Positions 1 through 8,519 of a stretch of DNA of 64,000 bases are shown here, piece by piece. A program made the position numbers and the translations under genes. The notes under the pieces are model-generated. The model saw nothing but the letters and a program-made list of their open reading frames with translations, made no database searches and was not told the origin of the DNA. Location: the IMG/VR virus record IMGVR_UViG_3300044614_000912, positions 1-64,000 of that record; one strand, given 5' to 3'. This DNA comes from a virus. Within the stretch, counting starts at the first letter, position 1; the number at the start of each line of letters is the position of its first letter.

Positions 1-1268
1 ATCTTAGGGCCACAAGTAGCACAATAGACAAGCAAAATATTATTGAAGAATATTGCAATCACAGCGGTCCAGAGGCACATTTTGCTAAACAAATTCTACT
101 GTACACTTATCACCCACTGTGGCAATATAATGTCACAAGTGACAATCTAAAGAAAAAGAAAACTCTTCGTGGACAAAAGTACAATAACTTTTTTGAACTC
201 TTGAATGATCTTCAAGCAAGAGCTATTACGGGTCATGATGCCATTGGTGCCATTCATACATTTATTGACAAATATCCCGATAAAGAAGAGCTTATCTATT
301 GTATTATCGATAAAGATTTGAAGACCCGTGCTGGTGATAAGATTATCAACAAGGCTATCCCTGACCATATCCCAGAGTTTAGCGTTGCTTTGGCGGATAA
401 ATATAATCCAAGCATTGTAAAGTGGGAGGACGGTTGGTATGTTAGCAGAAAGATTGATGGTGCTAGATGTATTGGGATTGTTGACAGTCATGGCAATACT
501 ACCTTCTATTCCCGCACGGGAAAGGAATTTGATACTCTTGGCGTCGTTAGGGATGGTATTAAGGCTCTTAACATTACTAATGTAGTATTTGATGGTGAGC
601 TTTGTCTGGTGGATGAGTATGGTAACGAAGACTTTCAAGGTATTATGAAGCAACTTAAGAAAAAAGATCATACCATTCTCAACCCATGCTACAAGATATT
701 CGATATGATCAGTCATGACGAATTTTATTCTAAGCGTGGAGAATCTAATAAACCATTTGGACTTAGGTTCAACAATCTAATGATTACACTCAAGCGTAAT
801 TCAATCCCGTGCCTTAGTGCAGTTAACCAAGAACGCATTAAGAACGATGAGCATTTTGCTGAGTGGTGCGTTGAAGCTTCCCAAGGTGGATGGGAAGGAC
901 TAATGCTTCGTGCAGATGAGCCATATAAGGGCAAGCGTAGCAAAGATTTGCTAAAGTACAAAAGCTTTTTTGACGATGAATATACTGTTATTGATACTAA
1001 AATGGGTCCGTTTAGATATGTAAAAGATGGACAAGAAGTAGAAGAAACTATGCTTTCCAATGTGACAATCTCTCATAAAGGCTACAATGTAGATGTAGGG
1101 AGCGGTTTCACCATAGAGGAACGTCAAGCCTTTTTCAAGAATCCTAATCTTATTCTTGGAAAGACTATCACGGTTCAATACTTTGAAGAAACAAAAAATC
1201 AACAAGGAACAATCAGTTTACGATTCCCTACCTTCAAGGTATTGTACGGTGAAGAACGTGATATTTAA
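1..1268 (+). CDS. lig: ATP-dependent DNA ligase (5' end outside window)
   Basis: Motif I KIDGAR, DGEL, EGLMLR and KYK motifs, C-terminal OB fold (VGSGF, LRFP). The frame is open back to position 3 (LRATSSTIDKQ...), so the true start is upstream of the window. Confidence 0.93.
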   Translation, partial: LRATSSTIDKQNIIEEYCNHSGPEAHFAKQILLYTYHPLWQYNVTSDNLKKKKTLRGQKYNNFFELLNDLQARAITGHDAIGAIHTFIDKYPDKEELIYCIIDKDLKTRAGDKIINKAIPDHIPEFSVALADKYNPSIVKWEDGWYVSRKIDGARCIGIVDSHGNTTFYSRTGKEFDTLGVVRDGIKALNITNVVFDGELCLVDEYGNEDFQGIMKQLKKKDHTILNPCYKIFDMISHDEFYSKRGESNKPFGLRFNNLMITLKRNSIPCLSAVNQERIKNDEHFAEWCVEASQGGWEGLMLRADEPYKGKRSKDLLKYKSFFDDEYTVIDTKMGPFRYVKDGQEVEETMLSNVTISHKGYNVDVGSGFTIEERQAFFKNPNLILGKTITVQYFEETKNQQGTISLRFPTFKVLYGEERDI

Positions 1269-1654
1269 TGAAAAAATGCAGCAAATGCAAACAACTGCTA
1301 AACAAATCGAATTTTTCTCCATCAAGTGGTGGTAAATATTTAAGACCAGAATGTAAAGAGTGTGCTAGGAAATTAGCCAAAGAAAGAAAAGTATTGAGAG
1401 ACAAACACGGCGATCCACCAGAAGATTACCGATGTCCCATTTGTAATAAAACTAAGGAAGAATTGACAGGTACTGGTGGAAATGCTGGTATTTGGGTAGT
1501 TGATCATCATCATGAAAGTAATACATTTCGTGGTCATTTGTGTCATAATTGCAATAGGGGTATAGGAAATTTTAAGGACAATGTAGAAATATTGAATAGG
1601 GCATTGGAATACATTAACAATCATGCGAAGGATTTAGCAAATGAGTATCAATAA
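1268..1654 (+). CDS. Endonuclease VII-family (HNH-type) nuclease with Zn fingers
   Basis: CSKC/CKEC, CPIC, VDHHH...RGHLCHNCNRGIG signature. Confidence 0.88.
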   Translation: MKKCSKCKQLLNKSNFSPSSGGKYLRPECKECARKLAKERKVLRDKHGDPPEDYRCPICNKTKEELTGTGGNAGIWVVDHHHESNTFRGHLCHNCNRGIGNFKDNVEILNRALEYINNHAKDLANEYQ

Positions 1655-1931
1655 AGTATCAAATCCAATTGAATTTCTAATAGAGTTTGCTTGGGCCAGC
1701 GGTGCGGATCAATTCACGGTTAATAACGCCAAAGACGAATTGAACAAAATGCGTCAAGAATTGACCGATTTAAAAGAAAATAGGTCGCACATCAATGTTG
1801 CATGGGTTAAGGTAAATGAACGCGGGGATTTTTATGATCCTAGACTTCAATTGAATCCATTTGAGACAGAAATAATTCCATTGTATGCGAATAAGGAAGA
1901 ACTAAAGAAGTTCCTTGACAAGAGCCGATGA
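1641..1931 (+). CDS. hypothetical protein
   Basis: 96-aa ORF overlapping the upstream stop, operon-like. Confidence 0.7.
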   Translation: MSINKVSNPIEFLIEFAWASGADQFTVNNAKDELNKMRQELTDLKENRSHINVAWVKVNERGDFYDPRLQLNPFETEIIPLYANKEELKKFLDKSR

Positions 1932-1943
1932 TAGTGGTATAAT
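1915..1943 (+). promoter_or_regulatory. sigma70-type promoter (GCCGAT class) for tRNA cluster
   Basis: TTGACA-17nt-TATAAT, perfect consensus, about 10 nt before tRNA-Leu; spacer contains GCCGAT. Confidence 0.88.
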
Positions 1944-1952
1944 GATAGAAAC

Positions 1953-2035
1953 GCCGCTGTGGTGGAATTGGCATACACATGGGACTTAAAATCCCACGCC
2001 GTTTAGGCTTGCGAGTTCAAGTCTCGCCAGCGGTA
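1953..2035 (+). tRNA. tRNA-Leu(TAA)
   Basis: Acceptor GCCGCTG/CAGCGGT, anticodon arm TGGGA-CTTAAAA-TCCCA, long variable arm, GTTCAAG T-loop. Confidence 0.95.
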
Positions 2036-2040
2036 TTTTT

Positions 2041-2112
2041 GGCCCCATAGTTAAATGGATATAATAAGTGACTTCTAATCTCTAGTTGTAGGTTCGATTC
2101 CTACTGGGGCTA
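2041..2112 (+). tRNA. tRNA-Arg(TCT)
   Basis: Acceptor GGCCCCA/TGGGGCT, loop CTTCTAA, GGTTCGATTCC T-arm; one T-T mismatch in the anticodon stem. Confidence 0.92.
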
Positions 2113-2143
2113 CTGGTTAATTTACTTTTTAAAAGGAGTTTAT

Positions 2144-2347
2144 ATGAAGAATGTAATTTGTGCAGTTGCAATCGCGGTTTTTTCTGCTACACTAGCCAGT
2201 GCTGATTGCGTTGGCGGCTCATGTAGCGTTGGTCCAGTTAGGAAGGCTGGAGCATCAGTTGTAAGCGTAACAAAGCGTATTGTAACAGCACCGGTACGTA
2301 TTACCAAGCGTGTTGTGGCTAATAGTCGAACACGGCGTTGTAACTGA
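2144..2347 (+). CDS. small secreted Cys/Arg-rich protein
   Basis: AAGGAG RBS, signal peptide ending ASA, CxGGSC motif and basic PVR repeats. Confidence 0.75.
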   Translation: MKNVICAVAIAVFSATLASADCVGGSCSVGPVRKAGASVVSVTKRIVTAPVRITKRVVANSRTRRCN

Positions 2348-2401
2348 TTTATGTCTAACGGTTTTGCGGATTCCGTTATATAAAATAAAATCCGCCACAA
2401 T

Positions 2402-2486
2402 GGAGGAATGGCAGAGCGGTTTAATGCACCGGTTTACTAAACCGACGATCTTAATTGATCCACAGGTTCGAATCCTGTTTCCTCCG
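2402..2486 (+). tRNA. tRNA-Ser with ACT anticodon
   Basis: Acceptor GGAGGAA/TTCCTCC, G73, long variable arm GATC-TTAATT-GATC, anticodon loop TT-ACT-AA at 2434-2440. Confidence 0.9.
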
Positions 2487-2501
2487 CTTTAGGATATACT
2501 T

Positions 2502-2654
2502 ATGAATGGCGAATTATTCTTCGATCTAATATGCTTTATCGTTATCTGCATATGCCTTCATCGCATAGCAGAGCTAAATAATAGACTTGAAATGAACATT
2601 ATTGTGGTTCAGAGTTTACAATCTAGAATAGATGAATTAGAGAAAAAGAAATGA
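2502..2654 (+). CDS. small membrane/coiled-coil protein (50 aa)
   Basis: Read by eye: AGGA RBS, MNGELFFDLICFIVICICLH...; ATGA overlap with the next gene. Confidence 0.6.
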   Translation: MNGELFFDLICFIVICICLHRIAELNNRLEMNIIVVQSLQSRIDELEKKK

Positions 2655-2905
2655 GTTCTAACGAACAAAGTAAGATTACAGCAACATTATCTCTTACTAA
2701 AGATCAGTGGGAATATATGGCTAGTCATATTATGAATGATCTGGCTATACTAGAAGTGGGATTAGGCCCACAAATAGGTAGAAATAGAATGACAGAGATC
2801 ATATTAAATGGACTTAAAATAGTAAATCAGATTAAAGACTCTACTGGAATTGATATTGATTTATCAAGCTGGGAACTTAGATATGGTGAAAATTATGCAA
2901 ACTAA
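2651..2905 (+). CDS. hypothetical protein
   Basis: ORF track, coupled to neighbours. Confidence 0.7.
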   Translation: MSSNEQSKITATLSLTKDQWEYMASHIMNDLAILEVGLGPQIGRNRMTEIILNGLKIVNQIKDSTGIDIDLSSWELRYGENYAN

Positions 2906-3077
2906 AACAACATATTTTGGACAACATTTTCTTTTATCTATCGTGAAGAATGGTAAAGATACTACTCTTATTCTTTCTAATAGCGACGAAACAAAAAATC
3001 ATGTTGTATTTACTGATAATTATGAACTAAAAGAATTAGCCGATTTTCTTTATAAGACTATTGGGGAAAAGAAATGA
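2895..3077 (+). CDS. hypothetical protein
   Basis: ATG at 2895 after a GGTG RBS. Confidence 0.6.
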   Translation: MQTKTTYFGQHFLLSIVKNGKDTTLILSNSDETKNHVVFTDNYELKELADFLYKTIGEKK

Positions 3078-3253
3078 AACCAACTCTGACTGAAGACATT
3101 GGCATTGCTATTTCATGTGTGCAAGATTATCTAGATACTATTGACCCTGTAGAAGAACAGGAACATTATGATACAATTCGCCTAAGAATTGAACGATTAA
3201 TGCAATTTTATTATCAACTGACAGGATTTGATCCTAATGGAGAAAAACAATGA
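3074..3253 (+). CDS. hypothetical protein (59 aa)
   Basis: Read by eye MKPTLTEDIG...; ATGA overlaps on both sides. Confidence 0.6.
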   Translation: MKPTLTEDIGIAISCVQDYLDTIDPVEEQEHYDTIRLRIERLMQFYYQLTGFDPNGEKQ

Positions 3254-3474
3254 ATAAACTTGTACTATATTTTGATCCTATTGAGATTGCTAGTCTTGGG
3301 AATCTTGGTCCATTTCCAGAATGTTTGATATTTAATAACTGGGCTGATGCTGCTGATTGGTTTAAGCGTCATGATTGTATTTATGAAGAAGATTTTAAAT
3401 TGACAGTTTTTACTATTAAGCGATATGGAAAAACTCTTAATGGTAAATATATGTGGGGAAAGGCTTTTCTATGA
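3250..3474 (+). CDS. hypothetical protein
   Basis: GGAG RBS, ATGA overlap. Confidence 0.65.
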   Translation: MNKLVLYFDPIEIASLGNLGPFPECLIFNNWADAADWFKRHDCIYEEDFKLTVFTIKRYGKTLNGKYMWGKAFL

Positions 3475-3716
3475 AAGTTTATGCTATAGTTTGTGAATAT
3501 GGTGCTGCGTCTATTTATGAGGGTATAGAAATGGTTTGTAAAACCTACAAGATCGCAGAGTCTCATTTTTTAAATGCTGACTTTGATGGGCGACCATATC
3601 GTATTATAGAAATGACTATGATGGATAAAATGTGGAAAGAGATTCCTAAAGCCCCTCAGTCAAGAAATTCTGAAACAAGACTATCACAGAAAAAGAAAAA
3701 AAATGCTAAAAATTAG
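3471..3716 (+). CDS. hypothetical protein
   Basis: MKVY start coupled to the upstream stop. Confidence 0.65.
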   Translation: MKVYAIVCEYGAASIYEGIEMVCKTYKIAESHFLNADFDGRPYRIIEMTMMDKMWKEIPKAPQSRNSETRLSQKKKKNAKN

Positions 3717-4449
3717 ATGGGATTATTGGTCTAATTCTAAATTGGCCGATTGGATTCGCGGAACCAAGAAACCTTACGCTTTACAGTGGGATGATTGGAA
3801 AAGTTGGCACAAAGAAGCCCAAGCTAAAAATCCTATTCGATACTGGATTAGCGAAACATTACTCAAGAAGCTCCAAGATATTGTATGCTTCCCATATGAC
3901 CTCTATCATACAGTAGAGGTATACATTCGTAATAGATTTATCGATAAATTACATTATCTCAAAACTGACCTAAAGCCGGGAGAGTATTACGATCTTGACA
4001 CAAGACTCCTACACGGTATAATGAATGAACTGGTAGACCATGTTGAGATAGAACTAGCACATGTTTATAAGTGCAATGACCATACAAAGTACAAATTTAA
4101 GAACGGACGATGCCCCGAAGCGGGATTAGATTATCTTGCATGGGCATGTTCTCTTGTTTATGATGAAAGTTATGGGATGCAACCGGACGATAAAGACTAT
4201 GGCAAACCCCTAGAACAAGCACTAAACGCTTACAAGATACGAAAAATATACAACTGGTGGAAGAACGAAAGACCAAACAGAATAAATCCTTACGATTACC
4301 AAGAGGTTGACGAAAACGATACGGCAGAAACTAAGAAACAAAAACAAAAGCGTATTAGCCAAGCCCACAAGATCGAAGAAAAGTATGACAACGAAGATAC
4401 AGAAATGCTAATCAAGCTTATTAAACTAAGACATTCACTTTGGACATAA
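3703..4449 (+). CDS. conserved hypothetical phage protein
   Basis: 248 aa, Trp-rich, ends LIKLRHSLWT, a style seen in large-phage early genes. Confidence 0.75.
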   Translation: MLKIRWDYWSNSKLADWIRGTKKPYALQWDDWKSWHKEAQAKNPIRYWISETLLKKLQDIVCFPYDLYHTVEVYIRNRFIDKLHYLKTDLKPGEYYDLDTRLLHGIMNELVDHVEIELAHVYKCNDHTKYKFKNGRCPEAGLDYLAWACSLVYDESYGMQPDDKDYGKPLEQALNAYKIRKIYNWWKNERPNRINPYDYQEVDENDTAETKKQKQKRISQAHKIEEKYDNEDTEMLIKLIKLRHSLWT

Positions 4450-4452
4450 ATC

Positions 4453-4890
4453 ATGGATCAAGAACTACAAAATAAATTATATGAACAGTATCCAGACCTA
4501 TTCTCTAATAAAGATAAGGATATACGCACTAGCTGTATGGCATGGGGATGCGAATGTGGCAGCGGCTGGTACGATATCTTATCTTCTCTTTGCTGGATGA
4601 TAACTCAGCATGAGGAAAATGACAAATGGTATAGGGAATATCTTGAGAAAAATGATCCAGAGAAACTCAAAGAACTTCCAGAATACTTCCCCGTAAAATT
4701 TGATCAGATAAAGGAAAAATTTGGTGGACTAAGAGTATACTTTAGTGGTGGTGATAAATATGTTGAGGGTTTAGTAGCTATGGCAGGAGCATTAAGTTAT
4801 AAAACATGTGAAGCCTGCGGAAATAAAGGTAAGCCAAACGATGGTGGATGGATAACCACTCTTTGCGACAACTGTAGGTATAAAAAATGA
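4453..4890 (+). CDS. conserved phage protein (QIKEKFGGLRVY motif, C-terminal Zn ribbon)
   Basis: ECGSGW, QIKEKFGGLRVY, CEACG...WITTLC. Confidence 0.78.
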   Translation: MDQELQNKLYEQYPDLFSNKDKDIRTSCMAWGCECGSGWYDILSSLCWMITQHEENDKWYREYLEKNDPEKLKELPEYFPVKFDQIKEKFGGLRVYFSGGDKYVEGLVAMAGALSYKTCEACGNKGKPNDGGWITTLCDNCRYKK

Positions 4891-5123
4891 GTTGGAATTA
4901 TCGTGTTGTTAAGAAAATAACCAAGATTCCTCTTGGAGAAACTGACATTACCTATGAAATTCACGATGTATATTATGATAAAAATCTAGATATTGTTAAT
5001 ATTGGCAAGATATCATTCCCAATGAGTGATGATGTTGAAGGATTACAATGGAATTTGAAAAGAATGTTGGAGGCTTGTAAAAAGCCGGTTATCGACTATA
5101 ATACTGGAGAAGAAGTGAATTAA
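4887..5123 (+). CDS. conserved phage protein (WNYRV family)
   Basis: MSWNYRVV...IHDVYYD...KPVI. Confidence 0.72.
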   Translation: MSWNYRVVKKITKIPLGETDITYEIHDVYYDKNLDIVNIGKISFPMSDDVEGLQWNLKRMLEACKKPVIDYNTGEEVN

Positions 5124-5231
5124 CACTCACCGCCGACTTGATCACCGGAGGTAACGTCCTTGACCTCTGTTTCCCGTATTTAGGGTTTCAACGTCAGATG
5201 ATTGGGGCGTTTTCAATACAAAGATAAACTT

Positions 5232-5459
5232 ATGAAAACTTGGCGACAAAAACAATTAGAATACATACAGCAGAAGTATGAAAGTTCTAAAAAATTAGCA
5301 GAAGAAATATGGCTACATGGTGATTATGAAGGAACGGCAAATGACTTTTACTATTTTCAGTGTGGATTCGTTGCTGGGCTAAACTATGAAAGCCAACAAA
5401 AGGCATTAGACTTTATAGAAAAATTGAACGAACTAGATCAAGAATTGGGGCTACAATGA
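5232..5459 (+). CDS. hypothetical protein
   Basis: ORF track; ATG at 5232 preferred. Confidence 0.65.
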   Translation: MKTWRQKQLEYIQQKYESSKKLAEEIWLHGDYEGTANDFYYFQCGFVAGLNYESQQKALDFIEKLNELDQELGLQ

Positions 5460-5752
5460 AGGGGCCATTAATTTATTATGAGATTAAGTATATGTATGGG
5501 ACTGATTTAAGTAGCACAAAATTAGCTGCTGAACTTAGAAAGTCTATACTAGAAGAAATTGATCTTGGGTTTAATGTTGAGATTGATTTCAAAGGAGTCC
5601 GTTCATTAAGTGGCGGTTGGACTAGAAACGCCTTTGGTGTTATTGTAAAAACTAAGGGAGAGGACTTTTTCAAGAGCCATATACTTTTAAGCAATATGAG
5701 TAAAGGTGTTAGAACCAGCGTACTAGAAGGTATTGGAGAAATGCTCGTATGA
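5456..5752 (+). CDS. STAS-like domain protein (DUF4325-like)
   Basis: VEIDFKGVRSLSGGW...AFG pattern and about 98 aa length. Confidence 0.7.
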   Translation: MKGPLIYYEIKYMYGTDLSSTKLAAELRKSILEEIDLGFNVEIDFKGVRSLSGGWTRNAFGVIVKTKGEDFFKSHILLSNMSKGVRTSVLEGIGEMLV

Positions 5753-5780
5753 AGAGGTTGTGGCTGATCGGAGGGATGGA

Positions 5781-6032
5781 ATGACCAGATATAAAATCTG
5801 CAAATTCGTTGATGGAAACGGATCAGAATGGTATCAGATAAAAAAGAAGGGTTGGTTCTTTTGGAGATACATTTCTGCCTATCCACAACTTAGTCGAAAA
5901 AAATATCCTATTAGATTCTATAATATGAATGAAATAAATCAACATATAAAACTTGATAGTCAAGTTCAGAAAGGTTTTCAAATTAAGAAATTAGAGTGTT
6001 TTGATTATGAACAACAAGAACTTAACAACTGA
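5781..6032 (+). CDS. hypothetical protein
   Basis: GGAGG RBS; YQIKKKGWFFW. Confidence 0.6.
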   Translation: MTRYKICKFVDGNGSEWYQIKKKGWFFWRYISAYPQLSRKKYPIRFYNMNEINQHIKLDSQVQKGFQIKKLECFDYEQQELNN

Positions 6033-6183
6033 ACAAAAGTTTGTTATATTCTGGCTTTATAATAGAGTATCAGAAAAGATACCGTCTAATCCTATCAAGG
6101 GTGGAAGTGATGATATTACAGTTAACGGAATTAATGTAACAGAAACCGTCAGAGATTTGCTCAAAGATAGATTGTTTGTATGA
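6007..6183 (+). CDS. hypothetical protein
   Basis: ORF track. Confidence 0.55.
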   Translation: MNNKNLTTEQKFVIFWLYNRVSEKIPSNPIKGGSDDITVNGINVTETVRDLLKDRLFV

Positions 6184-6512
6184 CCAATAAAGAAAAACTA
6201 ATCAAAATCCGTAAGCTTCTTAAAGAAGCATATGATCATTACTTCAAATATAGTGATGGACATTGCAAGAGTGGAGAAGGACATATTAGTATAGATTTTG
6301 GAAATTACTGGAGCGATAAGAAATGTGAACTTAAGATAACAGGTGTATGTATTTATTCTTATGTTCTTGGGCCTTCACGGTCACACTATTTTGACACTCT
6401 TGACGAAGCACTAGAGACTGTGGTACAATGGCACAAGGATGAAATGAATACAGACTATAACGAGTATGGAGAACCGCAGATAGGTGGATATTTGGAGAAT
6501 CCAGATGCTTAG
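6180..6512 (+). CDS. hypothetical protein
   Basis: ORF track, coupled. Confidence 0.7.
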   Translation: MTNKEKLIKIRKLLKEAYDHYFKYSDGHCKSGEGHISIDFGNYWSDKKCELKITGVCIYSYVLGPSRSHYFDTLDEALETVVQWHKDEMNTDYNEYGEPQIGGYLENPDA

Positions 6513-6723
6513 TTTTGAACAGTTCTTAAACAAAGTAGACGATACATATTATGCTCACCCATTTGAGTTAAGATACGGTCAAACAGTAATGAACGTACTA
6601 TATGAAGTTTGGCCCGAACAACACAAACAAATAATTGGTAGCGATTACGATTGTTTTTATGATGATGGCACAACAGAATCAACGCTAAAAGAATTGGAAA
6701 AACGATGGAAGGATTTACAGTAA
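6505..6723 (+). CDS. conserved phage protein (RYGQ/DCFY motif)
   Basis: LRYGQTVMNVL...DCFYDD. Confidence 0.7.
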   Translation: MLSFEQFLNKVDDTYYAHPFELRYGQTVMNVLYEVWPEQHKQIIGSDYDCFYDDGTTESTLKELEKRWKDLQ

Positions 6724-7310
6724 TTGGTGATGTTCATGGCAAATATGAGCGTTATCATAGAATAGTTAGAAGGACAGAAGAAAATCCTCATACCATTCAG
6801 TTGGGCGATTTTGGTTTCAAGTATGATACTCTCGCCAATGTTGACTCAACAAAACATTTGATTATTCCCGGTAATCATGATAACTATGATACTTGCTATA
6901 ACTATCCCCATTTTTTAGGCGATTACGGATATACATCACTCAATGGAATAGAATTTTTCTATTACCGTGGAGCATATAGTATAGACAGAATTTATCGAAC
7001 GATAGGTATTGATTGGTGGGAAAATGAGCAAGTTGGAATCGAAGGATTTATGAAGGCGAGAGAATTATATCGCATGATTAAACCAAAGATTGTAATTACA
7101 CACGATTGTCCAGAGAATATTGCTCATCAAATGGTTCCAGATGGAGGAAGAGTATTTCAAAATAATACAACTTGGGCATTACAAGAATTACTCAATATCC
7201 ATGAACCAGATTTGTGGTTATTTGGACATTGGCATAAATCAAGAACTATTCAGCATGGTAAAACAAGGTTTATGTGTTTGAATGAACTAGAAACATATAA
7301 TATATGTTGA
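6705..7310 (+). CDS. calcineurin-like metallophosphoesterase
   Basis: GDVHG, QLGDFG, GNHD, THD, FGHWH motifs. Confidence 0.93.
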   Translation: MEGFTVIGDVHGKYERYHRIVRRTEENPHTIQLGDFGFKYDTLANVDSTKHLIIPGNHDNYDTCYNYPHFLGDYGYTSLNGIEFFYYRGAYSIDRIYRTIGIDWWENEQVGIEGFMKARELYRMIKPKIVITHDCPENIAHQMVPDGGRVFQNNTTWALQELLNIHEPDLWLFGHWHKSRTIQHGKTRFMCLNELETYNIC

Positions 7311-7420
7311 GCCGATAGGTTAGGGTCGCGGGTATCCCTTTAATCAACTTCCGTAGAGTTTTAAGCCCAATTTTCTGTAATATTGAAAACGAGGCTAATT
7401 TTATTAAAGAAAGGTTACTT

Positions 7421-7579
7421 ATGAAGAGTGAAAGTTATTTTCTATTGGCAGCTTTTGGTAGTTTTGTTTTTAGCGTTACGCTGTGGTTCTTGGGAGATAC
7501 CGATGTAAATAAGCATCAAGCTATTTTTGTTGGTCTTTGGGTTCCTAGCATTCTCGCACTTGGGAATCTGGTGAAATGA
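7421..7579 (+). CDS. small two-TM membrane protein (52 aa)
   Basis: Read by eye MKSESYFLLAAFGSFVFSVTLWF...AIFVGLWVPSILALG; AAGG RBS. Confidence 0.7.
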   Translation: MKSESYFLLAAFGSFVFSVTLWFLGDTDVNKHQAIFVGLWVPSILALGNLVK

Positions 7580-7716
7580 GTAATTTTGCCATCTTTGTTG
7601 TTGGCATAGTTGTAACCCTCATAACTGGTATGGGGGTTATAACCAGCCAAATATTTGTTGCCTATAATAGAAAGTCAAAAACTTATGATATCTCTGAGTC
7701 TATCCAAAATATTTGA
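7576..7716 (+). CDS. small single-TM protein (46 aa)
   Basis: MSNFAIFVVGIVVTLITGMGVI...; ATGA overlap. Confidence 0.6.
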   Translation: MSNFAIFVVGIVVTLITGMGVITSQIFVAYNRKSKTYDISESIQNI

Positions 7717-7782
7717 AATAAGTTTAGGAATTATAGTTGCACGAACAATAATATTTTTCTTGAAAAAGATGAATATACATAT

Positions 7783-8226
7783 ATGAAATATAGAACAAGT
7801 CCAGAGCGATATTCATTTTGGGAACAATGCGATAAGAGAAGTCTTGAAGAAGGTAGAATGAATCAAGAGACTTATGACATTATGAGAGAATATTGGCAAA
7901 AAGGTAAAGACAGGGATGCTATACCAACCAACGATCTGCCAGACCTAGAATATGAGTTGAGAACCAGTGACTATATCTATGATAAATGTATAAATTCAGA
8001 AGATTACTGTAGAGACTTATATGCTACACTATGCAACAATGAGTTTACCAAAGGTAGCAAAACATGTTCCTATACATGGAGAACAGTTGGTGGTATAATC
8101 GCCAATATACTAGAAAAGGGCGACTATATTGATTGGTACTGTTCTGGTAATGAAGGTTTTATAACAGAAGAAGTAAAACAAGACCTAGAAAATATGGGAT
8201 GGTTTGCGTATGAAAGCAATACTTGA
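7783..8226 (+). CDS. conserved hypothetical phage protein
   Basis: LYATLCNN...SYTWR...GDYIDWYCSG. Confidence 0.75.
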   Translation: MKYRTSPERYSFWEQCDKRSLEEGRMNQETYDIMREYWQKGKDRDAIPTNDLPDLEYELRTSDYIYDKCINSEDYCRDLYATLCNNEFTKGSKTCSYTWRTVGGIIANILEKGDYIDWYCSGNEGFITEEVKQDLENMGWFAYESNT

Positions 8227-8431
8227 ATTTAATTTGCCAGAAGAAGAATATGAATTCAATCGGGCTGTTCAGTCTAAAAATTTGAGCGGAGCCATGTTCG
8301 ATATTGAACAACAGCTTCGATCATGGTATAAATACGGACATGAATTCAAAGATGCGGATGAAGCCGTCAGAGAAATTAGAGATTATTTCTACAGAGTTAT
8401 AAACGAGTACAACATAACCATATTAGACTAG
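8210..8431 (+). CDS. conserved phage protein (MKAILEFNLPE family)
   Basis: N-terminal motif common in phage small genes. Confidence 0.72.
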   Translation: MKAILEFNLPEEEYEFNRAVQSKNLSGAMFDIEQQLRSWYKYGHEFKDADEAVREIRDYFYRVINEYNITILD

Positions 8432-8504
8432 GCAGCAGTAACTCAATTGGCAGAGTACTAGATTTCCAATCTGGCTGTTGAGGGTTCGATTCCCTTCTGC
8501 TGCT
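8432..8504 (+). tRNA. tRNA-Gly(TCC)
   Basis: Acceptor GCAGCAG/CTGCTGC, U73, anticodon arm CTAGA-TTTCCAA-TCTGG, GGTTCGATTCC. Confidence 0.93.
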
Positions 8505-8519
8505 TTATAAGGAGAATGT

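Noticed and set aside
147-716. 189-aa minus-strand ORF
   Set aside because: It lies entirely antisense to the ligase and has no recognisable features; the window is uniformly + strand.
2310-2492. 60-aa ORF
   Set aside because: It overlaps tRNA-Ser and is a spurious translation.
6400-6429. Internal promoter TTGACG-18nt-TACAAT
   Set aside because: It has an 18-nt spacer, lies inside a CDS and lacks the GCCGAT box; plausible, but not distinguishable from chance.
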